NCBI GenBank assembly: GCA_964106915.2
Contig: OZ066915.1
DNA: 64,000 bases
Origin: Podarcis gaigeae
Lineage: Eukaryota
Reading direction: 5' to 3' (one strand)
Shown here: in pieces, positions 24,965 through 37,400 of the stretch
How positions within the stretch are numbered: position 1 is the first letter of the stretch
How the letters are laid out: every line of letters starts with the position of its first letter
Notes under the pieces: generated by a model
Told to the model about the DNA's origin: nothing
The model's database searches: none
Seen by the model: the letters and a program-made list of their open reading frames with translations, nothing else
Made by a program: the position numbers and the translations under genes

Positions 24965-26594
24965 TAATGGCATGCCTTGGAGATGTGCTGGTGAAAATAG
25001 GCTATTGGGATAATGCTTGATGGAAGGTGGCATATGCTGGCAGGAATGGTCTTCTGCTGTGAACAGTATTAGCTGCTAAACGCTGGGAACTGACTGTAGC
25101 TCACTGGGCCAGAGGAGAGCAATCTTATGTCTACTGTAAGCCAAGCCACATTATTCTGTACTCCTCGCAACATACAACTTCCTAGGATTCTTCCTGGGAG
25201 CGTTAACTGGCAGTGATCCTTCCTAGCAAGATGGTTTACACTCTCCCCATGCATAGCTCTACTTGTTGAGATACAGCTTGTATCACAAATTGTACACAGA
25301 GAGCTGTTGCTATTTTTAAAACACTTCAAGATAAATCTAGGTATTTTTTTCTGTTTCAATCCATCAGTTGGGGGGGGGGGAGGAGTCTTAGAGCTGTCTT
25401 TCTCTTCCCACTGCCCAATATGTGCTTTTGACAATGGGAAGGATGGAATTTAAGTTGGGAGAAGTATGCTGGAAACTTGGCTTACTGCTATTTTGAAGAA
25501 AAGTTTAAAATAGGTTGGTGAAAATATTTGAATCAACAAAGGTGGAGTTTGGGCCCTCTGTGTACTAATACACAGTGTAGCTCTTCAAAAAACAAGGGAT
25601 AAGTAATAAGGTGTATTGTTTCCTAATGAAAATAACACAAGTGAAAAACTGGGACAGCACTGTATTGAAGAAATTCATACTTTATGACAGGTACATGATA
25701 GCAGCTTGCTGCTTTTGAGTGTTAGAAAGCCTAGCTAAGCTGCTTTATCTATTGTGAAGGAGTAGAAAATGGAGAAAGTACCATGACTTTGTGCAGGTTG
25801 AGAAAGCTGGTAGAATAGTAACTATCATTGAGACATCTTTAAAAGTAGGTATACAGTCTATTTTATTCAAGAAATTTGAAGTAATCCTTTCCCCTGTTGC
25901 TGACAATTCACAGCATTTGCAAGTACTCATTAAGGTTACAGATACACATCAGAACCTGACTAAGTGAACTATGTTAGGCAATGGTCCTAAAAATGCTCTG
26001 TAATATGGGAGAATGGGGGTATGGATAATTAACAGGGATCTTGAATCTGATTTAGAGATTTGAACTCCCTTGGAACGAGACCCGAAAGTAATATTAAAAC
26101 AACTGGCAGAGTTTAAATCTGTGTTGCTTGAAGTCTGAACTTAGCTTTGAAAGCTGAGCCCATTTTTATTAGAACGGTGAGGGTAAATAGTTTAAAGCTG
26201 TAGGCGCAGGAGTTGGTGCCTACAAGTTGCACTTTAATTGGATTTTTGTTGTTAAAAAAAATGCAGTAGTTTGGAGTATCAGTCTGGAATAACAGTGGAT
26301 GTGAAGATCTGCACTAGCCTGGAGGGAGACGTTTAAAGATACTTTTATGATGCCACACTGCATGTATTCTTAGTTTTTCTTCCTCCGAGACACCAGGAAC
26401 TGTTAAACCCAGGATAGAGATGGATGGCATGGAAATACAGCTAAATAAATTTCTTTTCAGCAAACTTGTGTATGGTTTTTGGTGTTGATATATTTAGAAC
26501 GAAAAAGAAACATTTTCCTTAAAGTAGACACGTTCTTGACAATATTGCTTTTAAAGTCTCCCAGCAGAGCAAAACTCTTACACAAGTGTAGTAG

Positions 26595-26890
26595 TAGTAA
26601 TAATAATTTATTATTATTTATACCCCGCCCATCTGGCTGGGTTTCCCCATTCACTCTGGGTGGCTTCCAACAAAATATTAAAATACAACAGTCCATCAAA
26701 CATTAAAGGCTTCCCTAAACGGCTGCCTTCAGATGTCTTCTAAAAGTCTGGTAGATGTTTTTCTTTGATATCTGGTGGGTGGGCATTCCACAGGGCAGGT
26801 GCCACTACCGAGAAGGCCCTCTGCCTGGTTCCCTGTAACTTGGCTTCTTGCAGCGAGGGAACCACCAGAAGGCCCTTGCCGCTTGACTTA
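26595..26890 (-). mobile_element. L2-type LINE 3' end
   Basis: (TAA/ATT)n tail, then ataccccgcccatctggctgggtttcccc... Minus strand encodes RAFSVVAPALWNA. Same family as 31371-31787. Confidence 0.75.
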
Positions 26891-26958
26891 TCGGAACTGT
26901 CCATCTCCCTTCACCATGCATTCTGTGTTTACTTGTATTATTTATTTTAATTTTATTA

Positions 26959-27452
26959 CCGTATTTTTCACTCTATAGGATGCACCCGACCATAGGACGC
27001 ACCTTGTTTTAGAGGGGGAGAACAAGAAAAAAATTCCCCCTCTGTGCTCAGCGCCCCTTCAGCAAAGCGGCAGGAGAAACGGAGCCCCTTCCATTTCTCC
27101 TCCCGCTTGGCTGAAGGGGTGCTGCGCAGCTCTCCCTCTCTGCTGAAGCCAGGAGAGTCTTGCTCTCTCAGCTTCAGCAAAAGGAACCCGAAGCCTTCGG
27201 AGCGCAGCACGAGTTCCCGCTGCACTCCAAAGGCTTCAGGCGGCTATCCCTGAAGCCCGGAGAGCAAGAGGGGTCGGTGCGCACCGACCCCTCTTGCTCT
27301 CCAGGCTTCAGCGAAAGCAACGCGTAGCCTCCGGAGCGCAAAGGGAGTGCTCCCTCTGCCAAGGAGCCTGCACTCACTCCATAGGACGCACACATATTTC
27401 CCCTTAATTTTTGGAGGGGGGAAAAGTGTGTCTTATAGAGCAGAAAATACGG
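26959..27452. mobile_element. Tc1/mariner (pogo/Tigger-like) non-autonomous element
   Basis: TIRs ccgtatttttcactctatag...cttatagagcagaaaatacgg with TA flanks. Confidence 0.75.
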
Positions 27453-28461
27453 TAAATATATATCCCACCTTTCCTCTAAGGCGCTCGAGGTGGCATACAT
27501 AGCTTTCCCTCCCCATAAACACAACAACCTTATGAGGTAGATTAGCCTGATGGCAGTGACTACTAGTCCAAGGTCACTCAGTGAACTTCATGGCAAGTGG
27601 GGATTTGAACTCTGAACTCCCAGGCCCTAGTCCAACACTACACCACAGTAGTCTAGATTACATAAGACTGGAGAAGGGAACTAGCTGGAGGCTAACTAAG
27701 GCTACACTTCTATGGCCCCTGGAAGGGCATCTCAGAGGTGCTATTTCTTTTGAGGTAGGGGGCATCTCTCAAGGGCAGAGAAGCTGACCTTGAGATCCTC
27801 CTCTCAGAAGACTGAAAAGTTCCACAGGTGGTGCTTCTTTTAAAAGTCCAAGGATGTTTAAAAGGGAGAAGCTGTGGACCTACAAGCCCCAAAGTTCTCC
27901 TGTTGCCCCAGCCCAGGGGAACAAACTATGCCAGCTCTCACACTGAAATAAATGGGACGGACACTGCTGAAGGGAGAAAACAACACCCACTGCCACCACC
28001 TGCCCTGCCAAAACAGGGATATTGCAGTTTCTCTACCATATGTGGATTGATCAGCTTACACATTAAATTTAAAAATCATTTATTTATCTACTTCAAGTGG
28101 AAGAATGTAAAAGTTGGTGAACACTTCACCTTGTCAAGGATAAGTTGTGGTATGTAGGGGTAAATAGTGTGTTGTAATAGACACTACACAACATTACAAG
28201 TGTTTTAATGAGTTTAATCTCTCCGCCTCCCCCCCCCCCCCCAAGCTTCACAAACTTCCCTTGCTGCAAGACAAGTCAATAACTTCTTTCTAAATCAGTT
28301 GCTTAATATCTGGCACTTGAAGCGGGTATGAGCCACAGGGCTGGTGACAGTGCCAATTGTAGTATTCTCTTCCTTGCACGGCTCCTCTAAAATCAGGGTC
28401 AAGCTACTGCCCAGGCAAGTGCCTGCTTGTCAGTCTTAGTAGCATCTCTTACTGATGTTCT

Positions 28462-30275
28462 TCACAGAGGGAGGGGAAGAGCCTCCACCTCTTCCATACA
28501 CTCATCATAGGCTTCCTGATATTCCTCATGGGGCTTGATCATGATAACACACGTTGGTCGCTTTGAACCTGCAGCTGCTCCCAAGTCCTGAAAGAAAAAA
28601 ATAGGAAAGCGGCATTCAGTTTCCTAATTCACATACAAGTTTACCTTTTTTACTTTAAGCAGCAAACGGACCTTGTGCCAATTCACATGGAGAAATTATA
28701 TAAATGCCAGCTGCATGAAACTGCTCTTCTAGAATAACCAAGATTTCTGTTCCTTATCAGGATGCAGGTCTATGGTGAAGAATAAAAATTCTACAAGAAA
28801 TGGAAGCCTCCTTCTACTTCCCCACCCTACATTACCGTTTTGGAAGGGATGTAGACATATGGAAGGCTCCTGTCTTCACACATGATGGGAATGTGGCAAT
28901 AGACATCAATAGGAAGTGTGTCTCCTGCAAGAACTGTGATCCTAAGAGAGACAGACAATGCAGCATCAGCAACAAAAATAAGACCAGAGCAATGCAAGTA
29001 GAGAAGACAACAAACACATTAAAACAGATATAGTATGAATCTTTCCAAATATTTGATATTGTAATACAGGTATAATCCTGTGTATACGTATCAAATTGTG
29101 CTTCATCTCTGCAGTCATCATTTGCACAAATAAGAGATTTCAAGCATGCATGTACACACATAAGGGAGGAGGTGAAATAGCTCACTGAGGCAAGTATGTC
29201 CATGCAAGGCAAAAAACTTACTATGCGGAGCCAACTGAAAACAAGGTCTGATGAAAAGGATTAAAATCTGTTTTTGCTGGGCAAAGTATACTCATTTGCA
29301 TGCAAGACACCCTTACTCATTCTCACACACAACCAGATTGTTTCTCTGGTGATGATGCCTTCAAGGATGAAGGCCTTCAAATGTTACAAATCTGATAATC
29401 CCTGAAAATTAGCTATGCTAGCTGTGACTAAGAGGAGATGGAATAAAAAGTTTCCCCACCCTTGTATTAGCACAGCCTTCGCCAATCAGGTGCCCTTCAG
29501 GTGTTGTGGACTACAACTCCCATCAGCTGTGCTGGCTGGGGCCCTGAGCTGTAGCCAAAATATCTGGAAGGCACCAGTTTGGCAAAGACTGCACTAAAAG
29601 CAGAGTTCCTTCAGTCCCTTTGTCTCTTGCACCAACAGAATCACAGGATTATAAACTAGTTGAGGATTATTTGAAAGCTTGCGACCCTGAACATCTCAGA
29701 AAATGTCATCTACTGATTCCAAAGCTGTGTGTGTGTGTGTGTCTAAACAACACATAACTGCGTGTCTATAGCTCTCACCGATAGATAGACAGACAGAAAG
29801 AGGATTTCCTAACACGGTGAGAGTAGGGACCAGACCTGGCGAACCAGACTGGCTCCGAATTCAAGACCTGAACTGGTAGCGTCAGGCAGCGGCACGGAGA
29901 GCGAAAGAAGGCATATCGCGTCGCAACGGCGCGGAGTTCTTACCCCTTCTCGCCTTTGTTGATGAATTTCTGGACCTCTTTCACCCCACGCCGGATCTGC
30001 TTCTGCTTCGATGCTGCAAGTCAAACAGGAGAGTTTCCAGCAACGGTTGTTGGACGGAGCCCCCACCGCCCGCGAAAGCCGGTCTGCCCTCCTTCCCCTC
30101 CCCGTCCTGCACGCGCACCTTTCTTGATGCACTTGTACAGCTTGCGCGTCAACTTGCGGGAGGCCAGAGGCCGCGCGATGGCGTTCACGTTCTCCACCAG
30201 CTCGTGGTATGACTTCTCCGGGGTCGCCTCGGGCTCCGGCTCTTCCCTCGACTCCTGATGCTTGGCTTTGCCCAT
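28462..30275 (-). CDS. NHP2: H/ACA ribonucleoprotein complex subunit 2, 4 exons, ~152 aa
   Basis: Minus exons 30275-30119, 30013-29944, 28941-28836 and 28587-28462 total 459 nt. Peptide: ...IARPLASRKLTRKLYKCIKKASKQKQIRRGVKEVQKFINKGEKGITVLAGDTLPIDVYCHIPIMCEDRSLPYVYIPSKTDLGAAAGSKRPTCVIMIKPHEEYQEAYDECMEEVEALPLPL*, L7Ae family. Minus-strand AATAAA at 28084-28079. Confidence 0.97.
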
Positions 30276-30526
30276 CTTTGCCGCCGAAAGAAAGCGGACC
30301 CACGTGCGGCCACTTCCGTTCCTAACTCTCCCAGAGCAATGAACTCTGGGAAGGCAACCATAGAGCTCATAGGGAGAAAAATACCTTGTTTCCGGTTACC
30401 CCATTGGTCGGCCGGCTCTGCCATCATCCAATAGAAAAGCGACTTTGAGGAATAAGCGTCGCCCTCGCCTTCCTCCTCGGAGCAGGTTTCCCAGCAAGCA
30501 TCGCGCTTGTTCGCGTCTTCGGGAAG
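30276..30526. promoter_or_regulatory. Bidirectional CpG-island promoter shared by NHP2 and BRD8
   Basis: 251 bp separate the divergent ATGs. E-box cacgtg at 30301, ETS cacttccg at ~30311, opposed CCAAT boxes at 30403 (attgg) and 30428 (ccaat), palindrome tcccagag-N7-ctctggga at 30329-30351, and YY1-like aagatggcggc over the BRD8 ATG. Confidence 0.85.
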
Positions 30527-31370
30527 ATGGCGGCGGGGACGGGTAGTGAGTGGGGGTCTTTCTTTGGGGAAGGAGGGACGTGGCGCGGAGAGGGGAGCTA
30601 GGGTTGGTCCCGCCATAAAAAAAACCTAGAGAAGGTTGCCTGTTTCTTGGTTGAGCGAAGCTTCGTTTGTTGTGTCAGGTGTCAGGCAACTTTTAACATG
30701 ACTTTAAGAAGGGTTGGTTGGGAGGTGGCTGGTCTAAAAGGCCTCCGATGACAGGTCAGTTTTCTCCTTAGCTGAGGTACCCGGGAATAACGGCATAGGA
30801 GGTAGTAAAAGGGCTTATGCTTAGCCAGACAAACGGTTTATTTATTGTTCATACTGACTGGCAGTGATTTTCCAGGGCTTCAGACAGGAATCTTCCCTAC
30901 CACTAAGTGAGGGCACCTCTTCAGGATTTCAGATGGGAATGTTTCCTGAGGTTAACAGGGAATTGACCCTGTGACTTTTTGCATGCAACATATATTCTCT
31001 GCCACTGAGTTACCAGTAGACTTTTGATTGAGTTGACTTCTAGTGTGGCTGTTTTGTGGTGGGTCATGGAGGGTGTAGGGGCTTGAAAACCAAACTTTTA
31101 AAAGCAGCATGGATTGAGATAGGTTTAATTTTAGTTTGAGGGTTCTTTTTAACTGTGTGGGCATGTTGCAACACTGTAATGTTTATCTTTTTCCACATCA
31201 GAGCACAAGTTGCTGAGTGCTGGGCCTACAGAGCCATGGTCTATCCGGGAAAAACTTTGCTTGGCTTCTTCAGTCATGCGGAGTGGAGACCAAAACTGGT
31301 AAGAAACTGATATAACTGTTGGCTACATAAAAACTGTTGCTAAATGCAGATCCTACTATGCCTTGGAACA

Positions 31371-31416
<46 letters not shown>

Positions 31417-34400
31417 TGTACCCCGCCCATCTGGCTGGGTTTCCCCAGCCACTCTGGGCAGCTTCCAACAAAGATTAAAAATACATTAAAATGTCACACA
31501 TTAAAAACTTCCCTCAACAGGCCTGCCTTCAGATGTCTTCTGAATGTCAGGTAGTTGTTTATCGCTTTGACATCTGCTGGAAGGGCGTTCCACAGGGTGG
31601 GCGCCACTACCGAGAAGGCCCTCTGCCTGTTTCCCTGTAGCTTTGCTTCTCGCAATGAGGGAACCGCCAGAAGGCCCTCAGTGCTGGACCTCAGCGCCTG
31701 GGCAGAACGATGGGGGTGGAGACACTCCTTCAGGTATATTGGGCCAAGGCCGTTTAGGGCTTTAAAGGTCAACACCAGCACTTTGAATGCATATTGTTTA
31801 ACTGTATTACATACTTCATAAAGAACCCTCAATTGATTTGTGGTGGCTCTTATTCCAAACACAAGAAGTAATTGAATGCCCTTTGTGATCCTAACTTTGC
31901 ATGTGTTGGAAAAATTGTTAAAAACCGAATTGTAGGATCGCAAGACTAGGAAGCATACCAAAAACCTACTGAGAAGGGATTTTCTAGACATTAGCCAGTG
32001 AGCTTTGACATATAGCCCAGCTACATATTACATAGCCAACTATGCTAAAATGATCTTGTGTCAGATAATTTAAAAATATAATTCTAAATATATAATCAAC
32101 AATATACGCTGGTGAAAAAAGGAGAGAAATGGGCTTTAATAGAAAATTAAGCAGGTATCTACATCTGCACTGTGTCATTATTCATATGTAGTAGTAGTTC
32201 AGATGATTGTTAACACCAAATAGTAATACTGACAACTGGATAATTTGGGCTTCCAAAGAAAAACTGATTTAGAAGGATGAAGGTGTTCTTTTATACAGAG
32301 GTTCAAGATGGGGGAAGCTGTTCTTGGATACCATGTGACTATCCCTAAGCGTCTCAGAGCTGAACTTGGGGTTATTTTCTGGCAAGCTGTTAATAGTTAG
32401 GAGGCTTTCATGTTTCTGCTTGCCAGTGTTCTGTTATCCTCTTGCAAGTGTATTTAGCATCATCCTTACAGTCATGGAACTGCAAGTACAAAACCTACAA
32501 GGCAGGGTGGTGCACATCTTAGCTGCACAGCAGCAAAATCAACCACTCTTTCTAGCTCCAAATATGGGCTACAGGTGGTTAGACTTGTAGAAGTCAGTTG
32601 GCCCATAACCTGTTATATTGGGCCCACCATCTGTTGTTGATATTACACCACACTTTGACAAGTGCAAAGAGCAGAGTATGCACAGCTCCAGCAGAGTCAT
32701 CCAGCAGAACTTCAAAGTCTTCTTACCTTCCAGTAGTCAGTATTTTCCAGAGTTCCCTGTTAAGAAAACTCCTTTACCATACAGCATGTAACATCCACCA
32801 ACATGATAAAAGCTCAGTCATGTAAATCCTGCTGAATCCAACCTTGGCTTTATAACTACCACTGCACATACACACATTGCTAGAGAAAGGGGAGGGGTAA
32901 GACGTGCTATAGGCCTTTGACCTTTGACTGTTTCTAACCACCCACTTGCTGCTGGGTTTTTCTTTAAACAAAATCTAGATGTGGGAGATGGGTTTCTCAA
33001 AACATGGTCCAAGCACTTAGTGCAATTTCACCCATTTTATTCTAAGTTACACTAACACAGAAGAGCATAGGAGATTTGGCGGGAGGGTGTGTGGAATAGA
33101 CCTCCTGTTTTTTTTCTGAAAAGAAGGGAATGAAGGAAAGTTTTCCCCAATTTTTGTGGATCTTCAAATAGGCACCCTAACTACCACAATGTGGGGGAGG
33201 AGGGTTACTTAAAATGAGCTCTAGTTATGGGGCACAATGTAACATAGTCATTTTCAGAAAGTATTGTATTATCTGTTGGTCAAAGTTTTCCAGTCCAATC
33301 AACTGGTGACCAAACCTTCCCCACTATATTTTGCCCAGCAAAGGAGGGAAGATCTTGAAACTTTCTCCTTTTTCTCTAGGGTTTCTGTCAGCAGAGCCAT
33401 CAAACCCTTTGCAGAGCCAGGCCGCCCACCTGATTGGTTTTCCCAAAAGGTAGGGTGCTTAAAATTCACATCATAATAGGCTTTCATTTCACCTATGGGG
33501 AATACCTGTTCAGGGGACTCCCTGTAAGTATCTATTGCATGTTAAATGTGTAAAACATGTTTAAAATCGTTTGCCAGGAAAGTATACTTCCTAGCTCACA
33601 TATCTGGAAACAGCTTTAATATGTGGAATGTGTGTTATATAAACTACCCCAAGTTTTTGTCTCAACTCAGATTCTTAGTACTGTCTGTTGTGATTTATCT
33701 TCTGAAATCTGTATGCACTTTTATTATCTTTTTTTTTAGCATTGTGCATCACAATATTCTGAGCTTCTGGAGACCACAGAAACCCCAAAGTGAGTTCAAA
33801 GGCCAAACCACCTCTTTGAGTGGGGTGGGACAGTAAACTACTGCGTTATAGACTATTTGAGAACTGAAGAGGAATGATAGTTTGAACACAACATACGAAA
33901 GTACCTGAAACGCTGCTTCCTGACCATCTTTCTTTTTAAGTCTGGCTCCCAGAAATTATAGTAACTTGCATATTTTACCCTAAGCTAAGTTGTTTGGTTA
34001 CAAAGAAAGATAATTCACTGGCAGAACAATCCAAACCCTGGCTGGGTAGTCACTAAACATGAAAGAAGGGCACAGCCACGGTCTCATCTAGTTCCATCCA
34101 GACCCATAGCTCATGCTGGCCAGGTGGGGGGCAGACAGAATGCTGCCGGAGCAGTCAGGCCCATTGCCATCAAATGACAGCAATGAGGCCAACTTGGAAT
34201 CCAGTGGATTTTGTATTAGCTCAGGCTCTCATGCCCACCTCCAGAATGCTGCATTCTGGTTTGGGGAGTAGATGTGTTTCTAATATTTTTGTAACCTGTG
34301 CTTTACTTGAGGGTGAGTTCGACATCAGTCCCCGGGAAAGAGCAGTAGGATGTTTAAATCTGCAAAAGTCACTCAGCTTCAGGAGCCAAACACTTTTTCT

Positions 34401-37400
34401 TATATGTTATTGTGTCTTGTGACTGAATCATTTGTTCTGTTTATTTGTGTTTCAGTCCCTATAAATCATACAATGTACAATGTTTGGGAAGTTTCCCATA
34501 CAGATTTCCAAATACAGATTCCCATTGCAGTTTCCCATACAGATTTCCAAAGTGGCTGCCTGATACTTAGGCTGTAGTGATCTTTTTAAGATTGCATTTC
34601 CACTGAGTTGCAGAATAGCAAAAGTGGGAAAGAGATAATGGAACAAGGAAGAATAAGGTGGGATATGTGAGGGCAAAAGCTGCTGTATATGGGAAGATTG
34701 AAAGCCATGACTGGTTGCTAGATTGTTTTCTCCTTTTTTGTGTAGAAGAAAGCGTGGTGAGAAGGGAGAAGTGGTAGAAACTGTGGAAGATGTAATTGTG
34801 AGAAAACTGACAGCAGAACGGGTTGAGGAGTTAAAGAAGATGATTAAGGAGACACAGGAAAAGTACAGGTACCTATCACATTTTTTGGAGTCTGGAGCTC
34901 TTGAAAACCCTGGTTGCTTCAGGGCATGTGAATAATGATAACGTGGATCAAACCTATCTGTGTTGTCTCTACAGGCAGCTGAAGAGGGATGCAGAACTGA
35001 TCCAGGCAGGGCACATGGACCATAGGCTGGAGGAACTGTGCAATGACATTGTGGTGTGGGTTATCTTATTATTTCCCTGCTACAGCTTTTCTTTCTTTCT
35101 GGGACTTCATATCTGAGCCCTCAGATTTAGTTCTTAGCATTGCAACGAAATGATTGAACTTGACGCTTCTTGGCTTTATGGCATCATTATCCCATGTGGT
35201 GCAATTGCCGAAGCTTTGTAGCATTTGCTCACTTTCTCTCCCTCATCCCATGGCTTGCAAAGCCTTGTGGCTTTTGAAGTAGAGCTTTGAGGGCATTCTT
35301 GGGAAATGGTCCCGATATCTGGCCTGACGTTTTTAAGGTCTTGGCTGAAAAGCCTGCCTCGGGGCTTAATTGTGAGCAGTTACTTATTATATTAGTGACT
35401 GTGGGATATCTGTCTAAGACATCCATGGGAAGCACCTCCGTTTTGCACCCAATAGCCTAGTGTAACATTGAACTTGGTTATTTTTTTCAGGAAGAAAAGA
35501 ATGGAAGAGGAGGAGGCAGAAGTGAAGAGAAAGGCTACAGATGCTGCCTATCAAGGTTAGTTGGAAGTCAGTTTTTGATTCCATAGAACCAAACTCCTGG
35601 AGGTGAACATGTTTAGTGGTGCAACTGAGCTGAGACGAAGAAAGAGGTCTTACAGGTAGATGGATTGGGTCAGCCTGATTTCCTCAGTCTTTCCTTTGTG
35701 AAGTGGAAGACAGTGTATGATTTTCAGAAGCCTCTCCCTTCTTCAAAGACTGTCCTCAGTATTAGATGCCAGGTTATGGTGCAAGAATCCTGAGGGAAGG
35801 CAAACTGCCAGAGAGATTCCTCTAAGAGAAAAAGAGATGAAGTAAAAAAGCTGCCTGGATTAGTGATGAATAAGCCACTGAGGAAGAATTTGCTACCAGT
35901 TGCGTATTCTGATTCTTTATGCTGGGAGAAACGGCAGGAATTCATTAGCACCAACAATGTTTGTGATGGTGTTTTGGGGATCATTTCATCTTGTGCTGAG
36001 ATTTCTTATTTATCAAGGTGATTCTTTGAACTTCTTGACTAAATTTTCGGCATTTTCCAGCTCGTCAGGCAGTTAAGAACACATCACGAAGACCTCCAGG
36101 AATTATGGTCCGTTCTCCTGCAGGCTCAACCTCGCCAGGAGCAGACTACAGTCTGGGTGACTTATCTCAACCCACGTTGGAAGAGGCTAGTCCAGGGGTA
36201 AGGATATGGCAAGAATGAGAAACCATTGAGACCCTATAGGTCTCTCTGCAGTTTTCCCAGACTTCTTGCCCCCCCTTTTTTTTCTTTTATAATGTTGATA
36301 GCTTGCATGCAACCTTTTCCAGAGAACAAAGCCTGCTTTGTGCTGTGTGACAAAAGGTTGAAATGCACTTTGGTGGTAACTGCTAGTGTAGGTCTGAAAA
36401 GGTGGAGGTTCACAAAGGGCTGAGGGGAGCAAGAGTGATGGAGGAGGTGCTTGGGGTATGCTTGGTCATTGGCCCTGGTGGGAGGGGTGATTGGGACTTG
36501 TCAGGATGATGAGGATGTGGCATTGAACAGTGTGGTTTTTCTCTTTCTCAGGTAACTCCAGGGACATTGCCCAGCACCCCAGTTGCCTCCTTCATTGGGA
36601 TCCCTGACACCCCTAAGGGCTCCACCTCCCTGGATGCCCCCATGACCCCAGTCACAGATGATTCAGCCCAGAAAAAGATGCTAGGACAGAAAGCAACTCC
36701 GCCTCCTTCTCCTCTGCTTTCAGAGCTGCTGAAGAAGGGCAGCCTCCTGCCCACAAGCCCCAGGCTGGTATGGAGTTCCCTGCTTACATATGCAATAGTC
36801 CTGGTGAATCTCTGTGACTGACTTTCACTGGAAAGGGCAAAAGGCCCAAACATTTTTCAAAGGGGGAAGCTTAGATAGGACTTAAATGCCACAAGTTTAA
36901 TTTGGCTGCTATATAGCAAATTTTCCAAGCTCCACAAAGCACTATGCATGCAGCATCTTAGTCATTTATATGATAACCCTATGTGGCAGGCCAGTATTAT
37001 TATCTGCATGTTACAGCTGTGGGAAAGAGTGACTGTCCTAAGTGAGTTCATAACACTAAGATGACATTTGAACTGGGAATTTTTAGTTCATGAGTAAACA
37101 GGGTTGAAGACCATACACAGCTGTATTAAGGAAATGCAGTTGCAGATTGGTTGGGATTTTTATTGCTTTTTAAAAAAATAATTGTTCTTAATGGTGATTG
37201 GTTGTTTCTTTAAAAAAATATTTATTATACTTAATACCTTGTTCTAACACGGGGCTCCCAGTGATTTCTCATCCAAGGGATTTGATCAGAACCACAATGG
37301 TTAGCCTCCAGTGCTTCAACATTAACTGTTTCCTGATCACTCACTGGACTTGTTCACTGCCTGCATGTGGCGGGATCCCCAAAGAGCAGGGGTGTGTGAA

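Noticed and set aside
28588-29943. Intronic snoRNA in NHP2 introns
   Set aside because: I could not identify convincing C/D or H/ACA box architecture by eye; an Infernal/snoReport scan would be needed.
34490-34552. Short tandem duplications (also 37985-38020 and 61266-61330) and microsatellites ((TG)n at ~29727 and ~61088)
   Set aside because: Ordinary slippage products with no sign of function.
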